A stretch of 63,734 nt of DNA, counting the filler, from Octopus bimaculoides (lineage: Eukaryota), in NCBI RefSeq assembly GCF_001194135.2. It is 4 parts of 4 records of this genome, joined end to end, with 100 filler letters (N's around TTAATTAATTAA, not from the genome) between each part and the next. Parts side by side here need not be neighbours in the genome. Positions count along the whole stretch, not along the records: positions 1 to 28,011 come from NC_068984.1; 3 more parts are not named here. One strand, 5' to 3'. The notes under the pieces are model-generated. The model was not told where the DNA came from. It ran no database searches and was given only the letters and a program-made list of their open reading frames with translations. This document shows, in pieces, positions 12,393 through 26,439 of the stretch (its first letter is position 1; every line of letters starts with the position of its first letter). The translations under genes were made by a program, and so were the position numbers.

Positions 12393-13689
12393 TAAATTTC
12401 TGTGAAAATAGAACTGTGTGGAAGACTTGGTGGTATTGAATTTGCATGTGCTGAAACTATGTAATATATATTTTGAAGGAAGCTATGTAATTTAGAGAAT
12501 TAGAATCGACTTATGAAATGTAATTAACAAATAACGGTGGACAGGTTGGTATTGTGTAAATTGAATGGGGTAAGAAAAAGACCGAACATTAATTAAACAA
12601 GGATATTTCACATACAGTTCTGGTATAACATTTACAAACTACAAACCATTCTTAAAACTATTAATGATATGACTTTAAAATTAATTAGATATTATTTAGC
12701 ATCTAAACTAGATCATTCATTAGTATACCAAAACCCATGTACTATCATCTGCCAAGTTAATTTTCCAAATTCATGCATTTAAAAATTATTTTGAAAGATA
12801 GCACCACTAGATTTTTGAATGAACAGAAATACGATGTCAAAATTTTAATCGAAGACGCTGAGGCATTTTTAAAGAAAATAATTGCCACACATTTTCATTT
12901 TAACATTATTTTATTCTATCATTTAAGACCATCGAAACCTATTTAATGCTATATTTTTAAAATGTATGTGATCTGAATAAATCGAATAAAAGTGATATCT
13001 CCATAAAGGAAATATTGATTTTATTTCTTGGTTCTTGTCTATAGCGATTTTAATAGAAACCTTTCATCTATATTTGGAATCTACAAGGCATTTCATAATT
13101 TGAGAGATTAAATTAATTATGCATCGCTAAAGCCCTAGGAATGTAACTCTAACTGGATGTTCTATTCCATATCTGCAAATAATACAATGGCTCTTGAATT
13201 AGCTGCAGTTCCATACAAATAATGTTGAAGAGTACCAAGATTTAAGGAATTGTGTGGAGTTGATTTAATAATATAGCGATTAGTTTCTGAAATATTCGTA
13301 GCGTAATATTCAAAGAAACATCAGTCGCTGCTACTGTATTAATTAGAGGCTGCTCGTTAATGCAGAACCATTAGTGGTGCTGTTAGTTCTATGTGTCAAC
13401 TGTCGTGTACATCATTTTCAGTTCTATTGCCTTTAGAGAGCGGAGAAATGAAAGTATAAACTTTAGTGATTGACGAACTGTCGTCGCCACTCTACTTTCT
13501 AAGCTCAAACTCTATCGGAAACGGCATTATGTTACATCAGTCTTTGGCAGAAATAAATTACACGGTAGACGTTTGCAGGCTTTTGACGAACGAATTAGTG
13601 GTCCACTATATTTCTAACAACCAGACTCGAAATATTGCATAAAACAGCTACTATAAATTCCCTGTTTATTAAACAGTATATACTTACAT

Positions 13690-13738
13690 GTATATACATA
13701 CATACATACGTACGAACATACACACATACACACACGCA

Positions 13739-13790
<52 letters not shown>

Positions 13791-13815
13791 CACACACACA
13801 CACACACATATATTC
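13690..13815. repeat. (TACA)n/(CA)n microsatellite
   Basis: Direct inspection. Confidence 0.95.
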
Positions 13816-14694
13816 ATATGTGATTTAAATAAGTCTTTATCAAGGTCCACGGGGTAAACAGGGGCTATAAGAAAAATCCAGGTGAACTGATATGAAGAAT
13901 ATACATTTTGACAAATAAATTTACTATTACATGTAGTATAAAAATATAGAAAACCAAGGGGAGAAATACATAGTTGAAAGCTGTTTCTGGAAGCTCGGAA
14001 TTATATAATATTTGCAATCTTCGTAATTGGGAAATGGATTTTGAAAAAAGTCATGGATATGCAACCATATGGATGCAGATGGATGGAGAGAGATATTACT
14101 GTAAAACTGGCTTCCTTAGTCAGGAGGGAAGTTGAAACATATCAGTTAACTTCGTGGTGCGAGAGATTTAAAGGGAAAAGAGGAAGAGAGGAGTAAAAAG
14201 CAAGGAGAGGGAGGATGTGGGCAGCTTACTGAGTGGGGTGGAGAAGTAGAAGAAGAGAAGGAAGAGATAAGAAATATAAAGTGGGAAAAAGTAAGCAAAG
14301 TTGAATAAAAGTAGAATTGGTGAGCCGGAGGAATACGGAGGAGAGGTAGGTCAGTAGTGTGAAAAGAATCACCGTTTGTGGGTTATGTCATGAAGCATGC
14401 CTTCAATCAATCAGAGATGGTTAAGACGATAGAAAACTTGAGGAAGAAGCAATATATGAAGTAAGGAATGGGGTGGGGTAGCGAAAGACAGGCACTGCTG
14501 AGATAGGGAGGGGGTACATAGGAGAATAGAGAGGCAGATTTTGAAACACTAGGAGGTGGGATCTGGCTATTGATGACGTCAAAAAAAGACAAGGAGAGAA
14601 TTTGAGGAATGAGCGTGGAGTTGCTGCAGCGGAGAATATGCTATGTTAAGGAGAAAGGTAAAAGGGCAATAGATAGTTAGATGAACAAACAGAC

Positions 14695-14695
14695 A

Positions 14696-14747
<52 letters not shown>

Positions 14748-14778
14748 AAAAAAGAAAGAAAGAAAGAAAGAAAGAAAG
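14695..14778. repeat. (GAAA)n microsatellite
   Basis: Direct inspection. Confidence 0.97.
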
Positions 14779-16055
14779 CATATGTATGAATGTATAGTAG
14801 CATAATTTTCTTTGAGTATTAAGTTCTTCATGAAGTACTTGCCGGTTACTAGCAAAGCCATACGATTCTGAGTATTGAGAATTAGTGGCTTTTGCAATTA
14901 TGTGGTTGTGTTAGTGCGTGCACCTTCATTTATGTTCTATGGCAAAATGTCCTTTTAGTGCACATATATTTGTGCATATGTTCGCGTGCATCATTACTTT
15001 TACATGCATGTTCTTGTAGATGTACACAGCTAAGCGTGCGCAGACATTCTTTTAAAGAGTCTCAAACAGAGAATCTTTGAGATTTCCACTGTGCCACTAA
15101 TAGACAGGATTTGGGGCACGCGAGTCGGTCTCTTTGTATGTTTGTATGTTTGTATGTGTGTATACATACATGCACGTATGTACGTTGATGTGTGCGTGTC
15201 AAGGTTCCGGACAGCCTTTTCTCCAAAATTTTCTTGATAAGGAGCTGGTTAGCACAAGGCTATAGTGGAAAGCAACTTCCCGAATTTTAGTGCAGAGCAA
15301 TGGAGGACAGATGTAAATAATTTGCATCATTATGTTACTCGTTGACTTTTTATTCTCGAGCCAGCCATGACAAACAGAACTATGTTCGAAAGCCTTCTAG
15401 ATATATAGCTTGCGACTTTATATGTAGAGTGATTTGACTAAATCTGTATTGACTTTGCTCAACTTTATCGGGTTTTATAGTTAGAGCGACTGAATCGACA
15501 CTATGCGGCAAGTCATTTCTATTGTTTCAAAATATTTTTTTGTGTCAATTTATGTTCTGACTTCACTTTACGTTCACATACATTGATTGATATGATGATT
15601 ATAATCCTTCATACAAATATGTGATCATGTGCTCAAGTGCCAAAGTCGAAATCCTTTTTATCACTCTCTCCTTTTCTACTGCACCTTTTATTTACTCTCT
15701 CGTTAATCATATACCAAAAACCCACCTCTGTGTCCGATTTCAAATATTTCGTGTAACATATTAATAATGCATAAGAGAATGTTATATTCCTAGCGTCTCT
15801 CCTTTATAATACTATAATGCTCAGGGCTCTTAGCTATTTAATTAATATTCATTTATATCATTTTATTGTTCCACATATACATAGTCATAAATCTGTGTAC
15901 CTNNNNNNNNNNNNNNNNNNNNNNNNNNNNNNNNNNNNNNNNNNNNNNNNNNNNNNNNNNNNNNNNNNNNNNNNNNNNNNNNNNNNNNNNNNNNNNNNNN
16001 NNNNNNNNNNNNNNNNNNNNNNNNNNNNNNNNNNNNNNNNNNNNNNNNNNNNNNN

Positions 16056-16101
<46 letters not shown>

Positions 16102-18349
16102 GCACACACACATGCACGTGCATATGTGAGCGTGTGCGCGCGTGTATATGTATGGATATGGGTGTGTATGTTCACATATACATGCATGTGTGTGACTGCA
16201 TGCATGTGTGTGACTGTATGCATGTGTGTACGGTATTAGACTCTTGTGGCACATAGACACCAGCGGGACATTGGAGAGAAGGAACTAAACTAAAGAAATT
16301 ATGCTTATAATGCGAATACATTTCTGATATGGTCACCGTTTTGTTCGCAGTGACCTCTCTCTGTAGCGTCTACAGAATGATTACTCACATATTTAGGCAA
16401 TGCTTTAGGAAACAGAGAAATAATTCCTTATATGTTTGCTGTTACTACTAGAAATAACAAACAAATGTTTCCCAATCCATGCGATCTTAAAATACGGAAG
16501 GCAAGTTGGACAATGTCTATATAATATATAAAAACATTGGGCTATCATATTTGGAATGTCTCTCATTATTGTTCAACCAACAAAACAATGATAAACGGAA
16601 AAAAAGACAAAAAAAAAAGAATGGAAGGACGTAGCACGTGTAAAGTATTAAGAAGAAGCTCAGAGAAGGAAAAGAGCGCATACAGACATTCGCTGCTGAA
16701 ACAACTCATTATTACATCAACAGTAAATTGTCTAGTTTATCGTGGGTTCTTTACAAAATAATAGATGAGTACTTATTATCTAAAATGTTTACATCAACAA
16801 TACATGTTTGAAAATTCACGTAAACTAATTACTGTTATTTGTGAAGGAACACAGATAATATTCAGTCTCAATTAAATCACAGCAGATAACACTCATTACT
16901 GAAACTGGATTATAATGATGCTTTTAAAATATTATCTTCCATTTTGTTAATATGTCTTCCATAAACTATTTCAGGCAGTTTTTAATGTCTTTATTAGAAG
17001 GTAGTATACAAGGTTTCCAGAAGAATTTTATATGTTATCAACTGAATTGGTATTTTTTCTGTAATTAGTGTCTGTTGGAAGCACCTTTATCTGATCACCA
17101 AGCTAATGTAATGATATTTGTGAACATCAAAATAAAGGAAGCATGAACTAAAAGGAAAAGCAAAACTGCTAGATTTCAAATTGTGATTTCATATTAATAA
17201 TCTATTATACGAGCTGTAAAGTCATTGGTTTCTTTTTATGCTATGCAATCTCATGTTAGAATCATGTTAGATTTTAGTCGTCTGCGGAGATGGAACTTGA
17301 AATTTTGGTTTGGGTTTGATAGTGATTTATTTTTATGCTATTTCATCATTATTTCCTCTGCAATGGTTCGATTTTAAATGTTAAATTAAAATCTTAAAAT
17401 AAAAGCGAAGTCGCACCGAAACCCATCTAGGTGAAGTGTTATTTACGTGGTAGAAAGAATCTCGGTCAACACTGCTTATAAGCGTTGACTTCTTTTCTTG
17501 AACACAATTATAAGATATAATATCGTCACTCTGCTTAGCAGGAAATTAAGAACTAATAGTAAATGCCTTCTTGCGATCCACACAGGCTATATTATTATGA
17601 GACTCTAACGTGCATTATGATTTTCTGACAGGATTCAGAACAAAACTAATTTCAATTCTATTGAGGAGTTGAAAATGATTTCGTATGTAGTTTTTAATTC
17701 ATTTTTAAACCAATTAAATTTATAATAATTGCATTTTCTTTTGATTCAAAGAAAGTATGGATATAATGAAAAGAATGGCGAAATAGTGTGATAATTTTAA
17801 AAAGTGTAACAATGGACCGATCCCAAATAACATGGTTTTATTTGAAATTCTTCAATTTGCAGCTATAATAGATCTAAGCGAAAACATAATTCTGAAATCT
17901 AACAAATACTGCAAAATAACAGTAAAATGTGCTACAATGCAATAACAATGATACCTAAAATAGAAATTTAATGGATTTATATTCAAGTGACCGAATTTTA
18001 AAGGACATACGTTCCATCTCCACCAATGAATTTTTATTATCATTCAGGACAATGAATTCACTTTGCTAAATTACTTTAAAATGAAAATTGTTTTGAGTTC
18101 TATTTTAAATATGAAGTCTATTATTAGTGAGAAACGATGAACATCATAAAAGCCTATTCTTTGTTAAACACGTGCCATATGATACTAGTTTCCACGAATG
18201 AAATGAGTCACAAGTAAATATATAGAGCAACATTTCTACAAGTGTACATAATTATATAATTTCTTCCCATCCCTATTTCGCAGAGCACTTCTTAACTGAA
18301 CACGTCGTGTTAATGTGTGTATGTGTACACACACACACACACACATGTG

Positions 18350-18583
18350 TGTGTGTGCCTTTGTGTCAGTATTTGTCCGCTCATCACCGCTTGACAACCG
18401 GTGTTGGTGTGTTTACGTATCCGTAAATTAGTGATTCGGTAAAACAAACTGATAGAATAAGTACTAAGCTTAAAGGAAACAAGCTCTGGAGTCGATTTTT
18501 CGACTAAAACCCTTCACGGTGGTGCTCCAGCATGGCCGAGGTCAGATGAGTGAAATAGGTAAAAGAATAAAAGAGTAAAAGAA
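18350..18583 (+). mobile_element. Family A SINE 3' half
   Basis: gcttgacaaccggtgttggtgtgtttacg...ggtgctccagcatggcc...taaaagagtaaaaga. Confidence 0.85.
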
Positions 18584-19562
18584 TAATCCAAATATGAGAT
18601 CCAAATAGTATACATATTTACAAGTAGTAGCTGAAGGTCAAATGATACATGTATTAAGAATTAAGATTCGAGTAATATATACGTCTCCAATTAACCATGA
18701 AATATTTTTACAGTTAACCATGAAATACGTTTACCTAACGTTCAGAGAATATATATCTCCATATATATTCACCCGTTAGTTGAACAATATAGAAAGTTGC
18801 TTTAACTAATATATTTATCTACAGTTAAAATTCAATGAAAAAATGGTATGTTGTTTTACATTTTTATTTTTATTATTCTTTTCTTTTGATAAAAAGAAAC
18901 TTCTATATTGCATAGGAAGTTACGATTCAGCAGTATATCATCTGATATTTCCCTAATAATAATAACTAACATTATAAACAGAATACAACGGCGGCGTGAG
19001 TAAATACACTTAACGGAAATGTGAGTAAAATATTGTTACTAATTAGTACAGAAAACAGCTGAACATATGTGGACATGAAATGCATGCGCGAACAAAGTTA
19101 CGTTATAATCACTTTACTACTTAATTTATGTGTGTAATTTGAAGAAAGTAGTTACATTTTTGCGATATAATTTTGACAGCTGACGTTAATAATTGAAGAC
19201 ACCAATGACTAAATTTGCAAATTTGTTTCTAAAATGCATATAAATATTTCTACTCTAGAAATAATTGTCTAAATATTTTAACACTACACACATGTGTGTG
19301 TATATGTATATATGTATGTGTGTGTGTATAGATATGTGTATATATGCATGTATACATACATATAACATATATATATGCATGCATATATATATGTTATATG
19401 TATGTATACATGCATATATANNNNNNNNNNNNNNNNNNNNNNNNNNNNNNNNNNNNNNNNNNNNNNNNNNNNNNNNNNNNNNNNNNNNNNNNNNNNNNNN
19501 NNNNNNNNNNNNNNNNNNNNNNNNNNNNNNNNNNNNNNNNNNNNNNNNNNNNNNNNNNNNNA

Positions 19563-19598
<36 letters not shown>

Positions 19599-20261
19599 TG
19601 TATGTATGTATCGTTGCTACTCTGTTAAACTCTCGTATGTACAAATTTAGCCAAATAAGTTTTTATCAATAGTTTTTGTTTGCAATAGCCGGTTTTTTGG
19701 GTCAAACTATTGTATCTCCAGCTGCCTCATATGTCAAATTATCAAAAATTGTCAAAGTGTGGTGCAACGGTTTTGGTATGGAATCGTGAAACAATTGGAA
19801 TCGTGAAACTAAGTAACGTTTTGGACTTACGACACTTTTGAATAATAGCAACGAAATATATATTTGAATTTTATTTATGAATAATTCAGAGTGCAAATTT
19901 AAAGAAAATCTAATGCGAAGTGACAGTCTACTTGCCTCTTACATTAAAAAATACAAATTACCTTTGGTATGATATTCCGATTGGTTTTCAACATATTTAA
20001 AAAAATGTACTTACAGTATGATAAATATAAGTTTACACTTAGAATATATTTACTTCGGAAGCAGGACCACTCACTATCTTTTTTGTTCGGAAACTTATGT
20101 TTTTCCACATGCAGGTATCATCGTAACCACCTACATTAAGATGCAGTTGTTAGTTTTGCAGCTGTGAGAGCACCCTTCAAGGTACCACCTAAACTCATTT
20201 TAAGAGTAACGGAACGTCTTCGTGAAAATAATTTACCTATTTTCAGATAATGTGACACTCG

Positions 20262-20455
20262 TTTCAGTCATTAGACTGTGGTCATACTGGGACATCGCCT
20301 TGAATTTCTTGTCGAATAAATCAACTCCTATACTTATCTTTTAAGCCTGGTACTTATTATATCGGTACTTTTGGCCGAAGCGCTAGCTTACGGGAACGTA
20401 AACACACCAACGCCGGTTGCCAAGCTGTAATGGGAGGACAAACATGCACACAATG

Positions 20456-20486
<31 letters not shown>

Positions 20487-20681
20487 NNNNNNNNNNATAT
20501 ATGTGTGTGTGTGTGTACGACAGGCTTCTTTCAGTTTTCGTCAATCGAATTCACTCACAGGGTTTAGGTCAGCCCGAGGCTATACTAGAAGACGCCACAA
20601 AAAGTGCTAAACAGTAGGACTGAACCCAGAACTATGTGCTTGGGAAGCAAGCTTCTTACCACACAGCCCCTCCTGCACCTA
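20262..20681 (-). mobile_element. Complete family A SINE
   Basis: Head ending accacacagcccctcctgcacct, an internal (CA)/(TA) tract and a reverse tail. Confidence 0.85.
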
Positions 20682-20983
20682 TTTAGAATAAAGAAACATG
20701 TTGAAAGTCAGTGAAGTGATAGAAATGTGCAAGGAGGTCTGTGCTCTATGTTCATATTTACATCACATCTGATTAACCAGTCGACCATTAAATTTATTTC
20801 CTTATATATATTTGCAGCTCATTCAAAAGTAGACAAAAGAAAACACTTAAAGTGTAAGACATAACTACATTTTTTCAACGGCCAAAATAGATAGACATCA
20901 AGAAAACGTGAGATAACAGAGTAAATTGAGTAGGTATAAATATTTTAAAGGTGATTGAATGTTTAATGTTTCGGTAAAATGAT

Positions 20984-21385
20984 GGCGGCGAGCTGGCAGA
21001 AACGCTAGTACGCCGGGCGAAGTGCTGAGCAGTATTTTGTCTGTCTTTACGTTCTGAGTTCAAATTCCATCGAAGTTGACTTTGCCTTTCATCCTTTCGG
21101 TGTGACTAAATTAAGTACCAGTTGCGTACTGGGGTCGATGTAATCGACTGGCCCCATCCCTAGAGTAGAAAATAAATATTTTCATATTATAATAAGGCAG
21201 CGAGTGAACAGGACCTTTTAGACGCCGAATATTTCTTCTGATCTAGTTACTTTCTGAGTTTAAATTTCGCCGAAGTCGACTTGTCTTTCATCCTTTCGGT
21301 TTCGACAAAATAAATTGCAGGTAAGTATTGGGGCCGAAGGAACTGCTTGATATTGATCCTCAAATTACTGGCGTTAGAAATAATC
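20984..21385 (+). mobile_element. Two adjacent copies of tRNA-SINE family C
   Basis: Both carry ggc(g/a)gcgag..., a B-box-like gagtt(c/t)aaatt and the block gactttgcctttcatcctttcggt...aaattaagtacc. That block resembles a conserved central domain seen in other metazoan SINEs (from recall). Confidence 0.8.
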
Positions 21386-21564
21386 ATCCTTTAAAAAAAT
21401 GTTATTTCGCATTTCAAATTGGGAAAATCTACTGCATATAATTTATACTAACATTATTCTATATTGACATATGAACAGTTGCCATATAGATAAAATTATT
21501 TTAGCAAATAATTTAATTACAAATATATAGTATAAAAAGTCGATCGATCTGTAAAATGCAGTTC

Positions 21565-23697
21565 AGTAAAAAAGGTATTCGACGAAGGTCAGACTGATAT
21601 ATCACTTTGGTTTGCTAAAGTAAGAACAGATCTTGTTGCCAAAATTGAAATCACCGAAATGGCAGGAAACTACAGGCCCATTGCTTGCCTAAACATTATG
21701 TACAAACTGTACACAAGTTGCCTCAACCAATTCCTCGAGGACCATTGTCAATGGAACAACATTGTGAGTGATGAACAGGCTGGTGGAATGACGGGAGTAT
21801 GGGGATGTGTCGAACAACTTTTAATAAACAAAGTTGTACTGTCTTGAGTAAGAAAACAACTCAGAAATCTTGTGACAGTATGGCTTGACTATAAGAAGGT
21901 ATTATTCGAATTTATCACTCATTCAAGGCTGTTGAAGTGCCTACATTTGGCAAAGGTACTTACTACCTTAATTGCTGCTATAGAGAAACTCACAAAGACA
22001 TGGACAACTATTCTTACCTTTACAACTGAGAACAGAATAATTGTTTCTAATAGTATAGACATTACAAAGGGAATATTCCAGGGAGAGGTCTTTCTGTACT
22101 TCTTTTCATTTTGGCACTGAATCCATTATAGTTCCTACTTCAGAACACCAATATTTATATGCTAGGATCTTCAACTGCCAGAAATATCAATGTATCTCAT
22201 AATTTCTTTGAAGACGAGCTGAAGATTTATGCTAAAAGTGTTAACAGTGCCACCCCACCACCACCAAAAAACTGAAATTAATAACAACAATTTCAGCTGA
22301 TATAGGCATGGAATTTGACCAAAAGAAATGTTCATATTTGGTTATAGAACCAGGAAAGTCAGTCATCCAAACCCAAAATGTGTGCATCAACGGTCTCTCT
22401 ATTTCCCCCATTCCATACAAAGAATGTTACAATTACCTAGGCATAGAGGGAAACGTATCATATGAAGGCACTGTGAATAAAGATAGAGTGACCCGATAAT
22501 GTTACACAAGACTTAGAAAAATATGTCGGTCGGAACTCTTCTTTTACAACAAAACAATATCCCACAATGCATTTGCAGTACTAGTGCTGATCCCAACATT
22601 TGGGATACTTGACTGGTCTGTAGAGGAAATCCATTCCATAGATATCAAAACCCGAAAAATCCTGACAACAAATGGGAACTTTCACAAAAACAGTGATATT
22701 GACAGGTTCTACCTGAGAAGAAATGAAAGTGGTAGAGGCCTGAGATAAGTGCAGACGGCCTTCGAATACCATATGGTATCACTCAGGCAGCACCAGCTAA
22801 ACAACAGCAGCAAAAATAAATATACTAATGCAGTCCTGAAAAGTGAAGTGAGCAACATTGTATGAGTTCGCAAGAAACACTCTCGTCCTGGTAATCTCTT
22901 ATACTGCCCCAAAACAGCTGGACTCTCTTACCCCAGAGAGGACTTGAATGGAAAGCACTCAGCATACAACAAAAACACCATGCATGAGTATGTTGCCCGG
23001 ATGCTTGAAGAAGACAGTAGAATTGACAAGGAGCGCAGCCTCTCTTGGACACAAAACGACTATGTCACATCACACTTTAAAGGCTATGCGTTTGCAATCC
23101 AGGTACAGGAGATTGCTACAAAGTACCAGGTGAACAAGAGAGCCAGTAACGCTCTTGAAATCTCAAGGTACAACCGCATGTCTAGGCTGTCATGTTTCTG
23201 TGGAAGACATTACGCATGTGATTAGCAGCTATCCTAAAATGTGCAGCACGATATTGTTAAAACAATTTACAAAGCCATCTGCAAAAAAAAACTGTCCTGA
23301 AATAAACTTAGATCCCTCTGCTATAGAATACATTTATAAACACCAACTCAAGCAATACTGGTGGAATATTCCCATCAAAACTTCTGTCAAATATAAGCAT
23401 AACAGGCCAAATACTGTTGTTTGGGATAGAGGAGCAAAGGTATGTACCATCATAGAAAAAGCGGATATCTATGGACAACTGCTTCGAAACCTCCAGCTCC
23501 TATATCCAGACTATGAATTCATATTCATACCAATTATAATTGGAGCACTAGGTTTTGTTAGTAGATGCTTAAAGGAGAATCTGGATAAACTGGGATTTTC
23601 AGAAAGAGAAATTGACCGGCTGATTCGTACATTACATGTCCGATCTGTGAGTGGAACAGTGAAAATATGCAAAACTTTTCTCAAGTTTCAAGTGTGA
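21565..23697 (+). pseudogene. 5'-truncated R4/Dong-like non-LTR retrotransposon ORF (RT + CCHC + restriction-like endonuclease)
   Basis: WFAKVRTDLVAK, NYRPIACLNIMYKLYT, EQAGG, VEQLLINK, WLDYKK, GIFQG, EDELKIYAK, SDIDRFYL-R-GRGL, CxxC-EDITHVISS, HNRPNTVVWD, FIPIIIGALG. Multiple frameshifts and stops; terminal TGA at 23695-23697. Confidence 0.93.
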
Positions 23698-23945
23698 ATT
23701 TGTCTGTATTAACTACATCCCAAAGATGGAGCCTTGTATTTTTGTTGGAAAAGGGTCCCACCTCAGTGGAAAATTTATAATAATTAAAAAATAGAAGACA
23801 TACATACATACAAACAAAAATACCCTGTTGTTGATGTTCAAATTCCAATGAAGGAGCTTTGAATCTAGTTTAGAAACGGACTCTTTCTCTATTGGCAAGA
23901 AATCTTGAAATAAAACAGAACAATGACATACATACATACATACAT
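23698..23945 (+). mobile_element. Probable 3' UTR of the R4-like element, ending in (TACA)n
   Basis: Directly follows the ORF. Its distal part recurs inverted at 34200-34275, near another R4-like fragment of the same orientation. Confidence 0.5.
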
Positions 23946-25737
23946 ACTCACATGTATATATGTACTTTTGTGTATGTTTGTGTGTGTGTGTGTGTGTGTC
24001 TATATTCGAAATGTATGTCATACTGTTTGCGTCTTTTATTTACTCCAGTCTTTGAACTCGGTATTACCTGTTATTTATTATATCAGAGGCGAAACATATT
24101 AACTGAGGTGAATCTCCTTAATGTATCAAATTAGTAATTATTTAGGATCGATAGATTAATTGATAGATCTGTGCACGATAAGTCACTCAGTATCACTTGA
24201 TTCTAATTTGATTATCGTTAATTTCAAAGCGATTGATTATGCAAATCTCAGATGGTTCTATATTTTTATTTTTATTTAATAAAAATAAAATGCTTTGTAG
24301 AAATTGCATAAACAGTAACATAAATAAAACATTATCAGAGTAAATTATATAACCGACACATTTTGTTTGACATGTTAAAAATAAAAGCTAAAGTCTGTTA
24401 AACGGCACCCTATCATCTTGAAAACGGAAGGCTTTGTTGTTCATTGCCTAACATATGAGAAGACAAGGTGGTTACTGGAAGAACACTGGTGAACATACAG
24501 CTGGCCATTCAAAACCGCAAAGGAATAAGAATAACAACCTATAATATTTATATGATATAATGGAAGACAAGAGAAAATTATAGGAAACAATAGAATTCCA
24601 TAGCCATACAGATACGAGTATAAACACGTCAGAGTATAAATGAATATTAAAAAAAGAGCTCACAAAGCTGGCTGATGAGTTTGTTTATAGGCTGATTCAC
24701 TCTTAGCATACAAACAATGATAGTCGCTGTAATTTGGCGGTAGTATTTGGATACTTATAACAATTGTTTCTGTAATTTTCACTGCTGACAATGCTCTTGA
24801 AATGCATGTATATATCCATATATATATATATATATATATATANNNNNNNNNNNNNNNNNNNNNNNNNNNNNNNNNNNNNNNNNNNNNNNNNNNNNNNNNN
24901 NNNNNNNNNNNNNNNNNNNNNNNNNNNNNNNNNNNNNNNNNNNNNNNNNNNNNNNNNNNNNNNNNNNNNNNNNNNNNNNNNNNNNNNNNNNNNNTAAGAA
25001 CAATATGTCCATATGTGTATGTGCGTATTTATACATCTATGTATAAACATTATTTACCTAAAAGTATATTCCCACTTAAACGTGGTTATTCTGTTCAAAC
25101 AAACTTTACTGGGGTTGATACCATAAGAGAAACTTTCATATACAAAATACCCGCTGGTGTAAATCGCTAGCGGATAGACAAATCTCCATCAACTCTAGCG
25201 CCGAGTCCGCCAGATCACATGATTTTGACCTTTTTTGGTCACATCGGTGATAGACGCTCGACCGCTACAGATAGAAGAAACTCATCTCTCCACCAGCGGT
25301 ATGTAGAAAAGCAGTGCCCGAAGAGTCACTGATGTGATTGCCTAAAAATATTGGTCCTGTTTTAATTTTGTGCTTACTGAGAATTGTTTTACTCGATAAT
25401 GGATGCATAAAGGCACACTACTATCGTAAAGTTCTTCGAAAATATATACAAAACTATGTTAATTAAACTTAGGCATGAAACAATATTCATTCTGTGAAAT
25501 AATCTCTACATTATATGTTTTTGAAAACACTATGCGTGTAAGTTAAAATCTTTCATCAAATAAATTGTGGCAGAAAGATTCCTCAACAGCATTTTAAGTT
25601 TATCATTCGATTTATGACTATTCAGCAAAAAGATTAGCAGAGTAGCAATAAGCTTGACAGAAGAAAAACATCAGTCGCTTCCTGCATGCCCCATAACATG
25701 TTTTGATTTGAGTGTGATAGAATGGAAGAAATAAAAT

Positions 25738-25780
<43 letters not shown>

Positions 25781-25882
25781 ATAATAATGGCAAAACAACA
25801 AAAGAATGAAAGAGACCTCGATATTATGTAAATAGAGGGATTTATTTGTAAATATAATAAGTGACAGTTATTCGGTAGCCAT

Positions 25883-25943
25883 GATAAAACTCCGAGTTTC
25901 GGATGTCGGGGCAAAAACCCGCATAGGCATCTCTTCAGTTATC
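25883..25943 (-). ncRNA. Type I hammerhead ribozyme-like motif
   Basis: Minus strand: gataa-CUGAAGA-gaug...cauc-c-GAAA-cuc(g)gag-UU-uuauc. Stem I is a perfect 5 bp; there is one extra nucleotide at the base of stem II. Confidence 0.6.
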
Positions 25944-26001
25944 GGGTCATCAAAAAATGTTATGGAAAAAAGATTTTTTCATAGCATGTTTTGATGGCTC
26001 A

Positions 26002-26060
26002 ATAACTGAAGAGATGCCAGTGCAGGTTTCTGCCCCGAAATCTGAAAGTCGGAGTTTTAT
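26002..26060 (+). ncRNA. Second, more degenerate hammerhead-like copy in the opposite arm
   Basis: auaa-CUGAAGA-gau...auc-u-GAAA-gucggag-UU-uuau. Confidence 0.45.
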
Positions 26061-26084
26061 GATGGCTACCGAGTAATTGTCAGC

Positions 26085-26345
26085 GTTATGTTTTTGCCGA
26101 GAAACACACGAGTGAGGAGAGATACGGTGACAGACTATATTATTGTCATCGTGAAGAATCCAATTCTTGCGTTTTCCAGATCCGGTCGCTTTCACCGAAT
26201 GTCCGCCCTCAAACGCTTCAAAACGTCGCAGAATTATTGATTGACGGCTCAGCACTTGGGGACGAATTCTCAATGCTCAATTCCGCAGATGAGGAAAAAA
26301 GAACTAAGAGCATAGTCTCGACTGAGCTGCAGCTCTGTCGTACCC
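26085..26345 (-). pseudogene. Mariner transposase catalytic-domain fragment
   Basis: VETML..., CGIEH*EFVPKC*AVNQ*FCDVLKRLRADIR*KRPDL, NWILHDDN (~WxLHHDNAPxH). Confidence 0.8.
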
Positions 26346-26439
26346 TGTTCGGTCGTGGAGATGAAGGGCTCTTCCATTGTGACAACTGCTTGTTCTCAGG
26401 CTTTGTTTGCATGTAGCATTTCTTGTAGATTCCTGATTT

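Larger units (their letters stand above)
25862..26082. repeat. ~220-bp imperfect inverted repeat (foldback)
   Basis: 25862-25965 matches the reverse complement of 25975-26082 (tgacagttattcggtagccatgataaaactccgagtttcggatg... vs tgacaattactcggtagccatcataaaactccgactttcagatt...). Confidence 0.9.
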
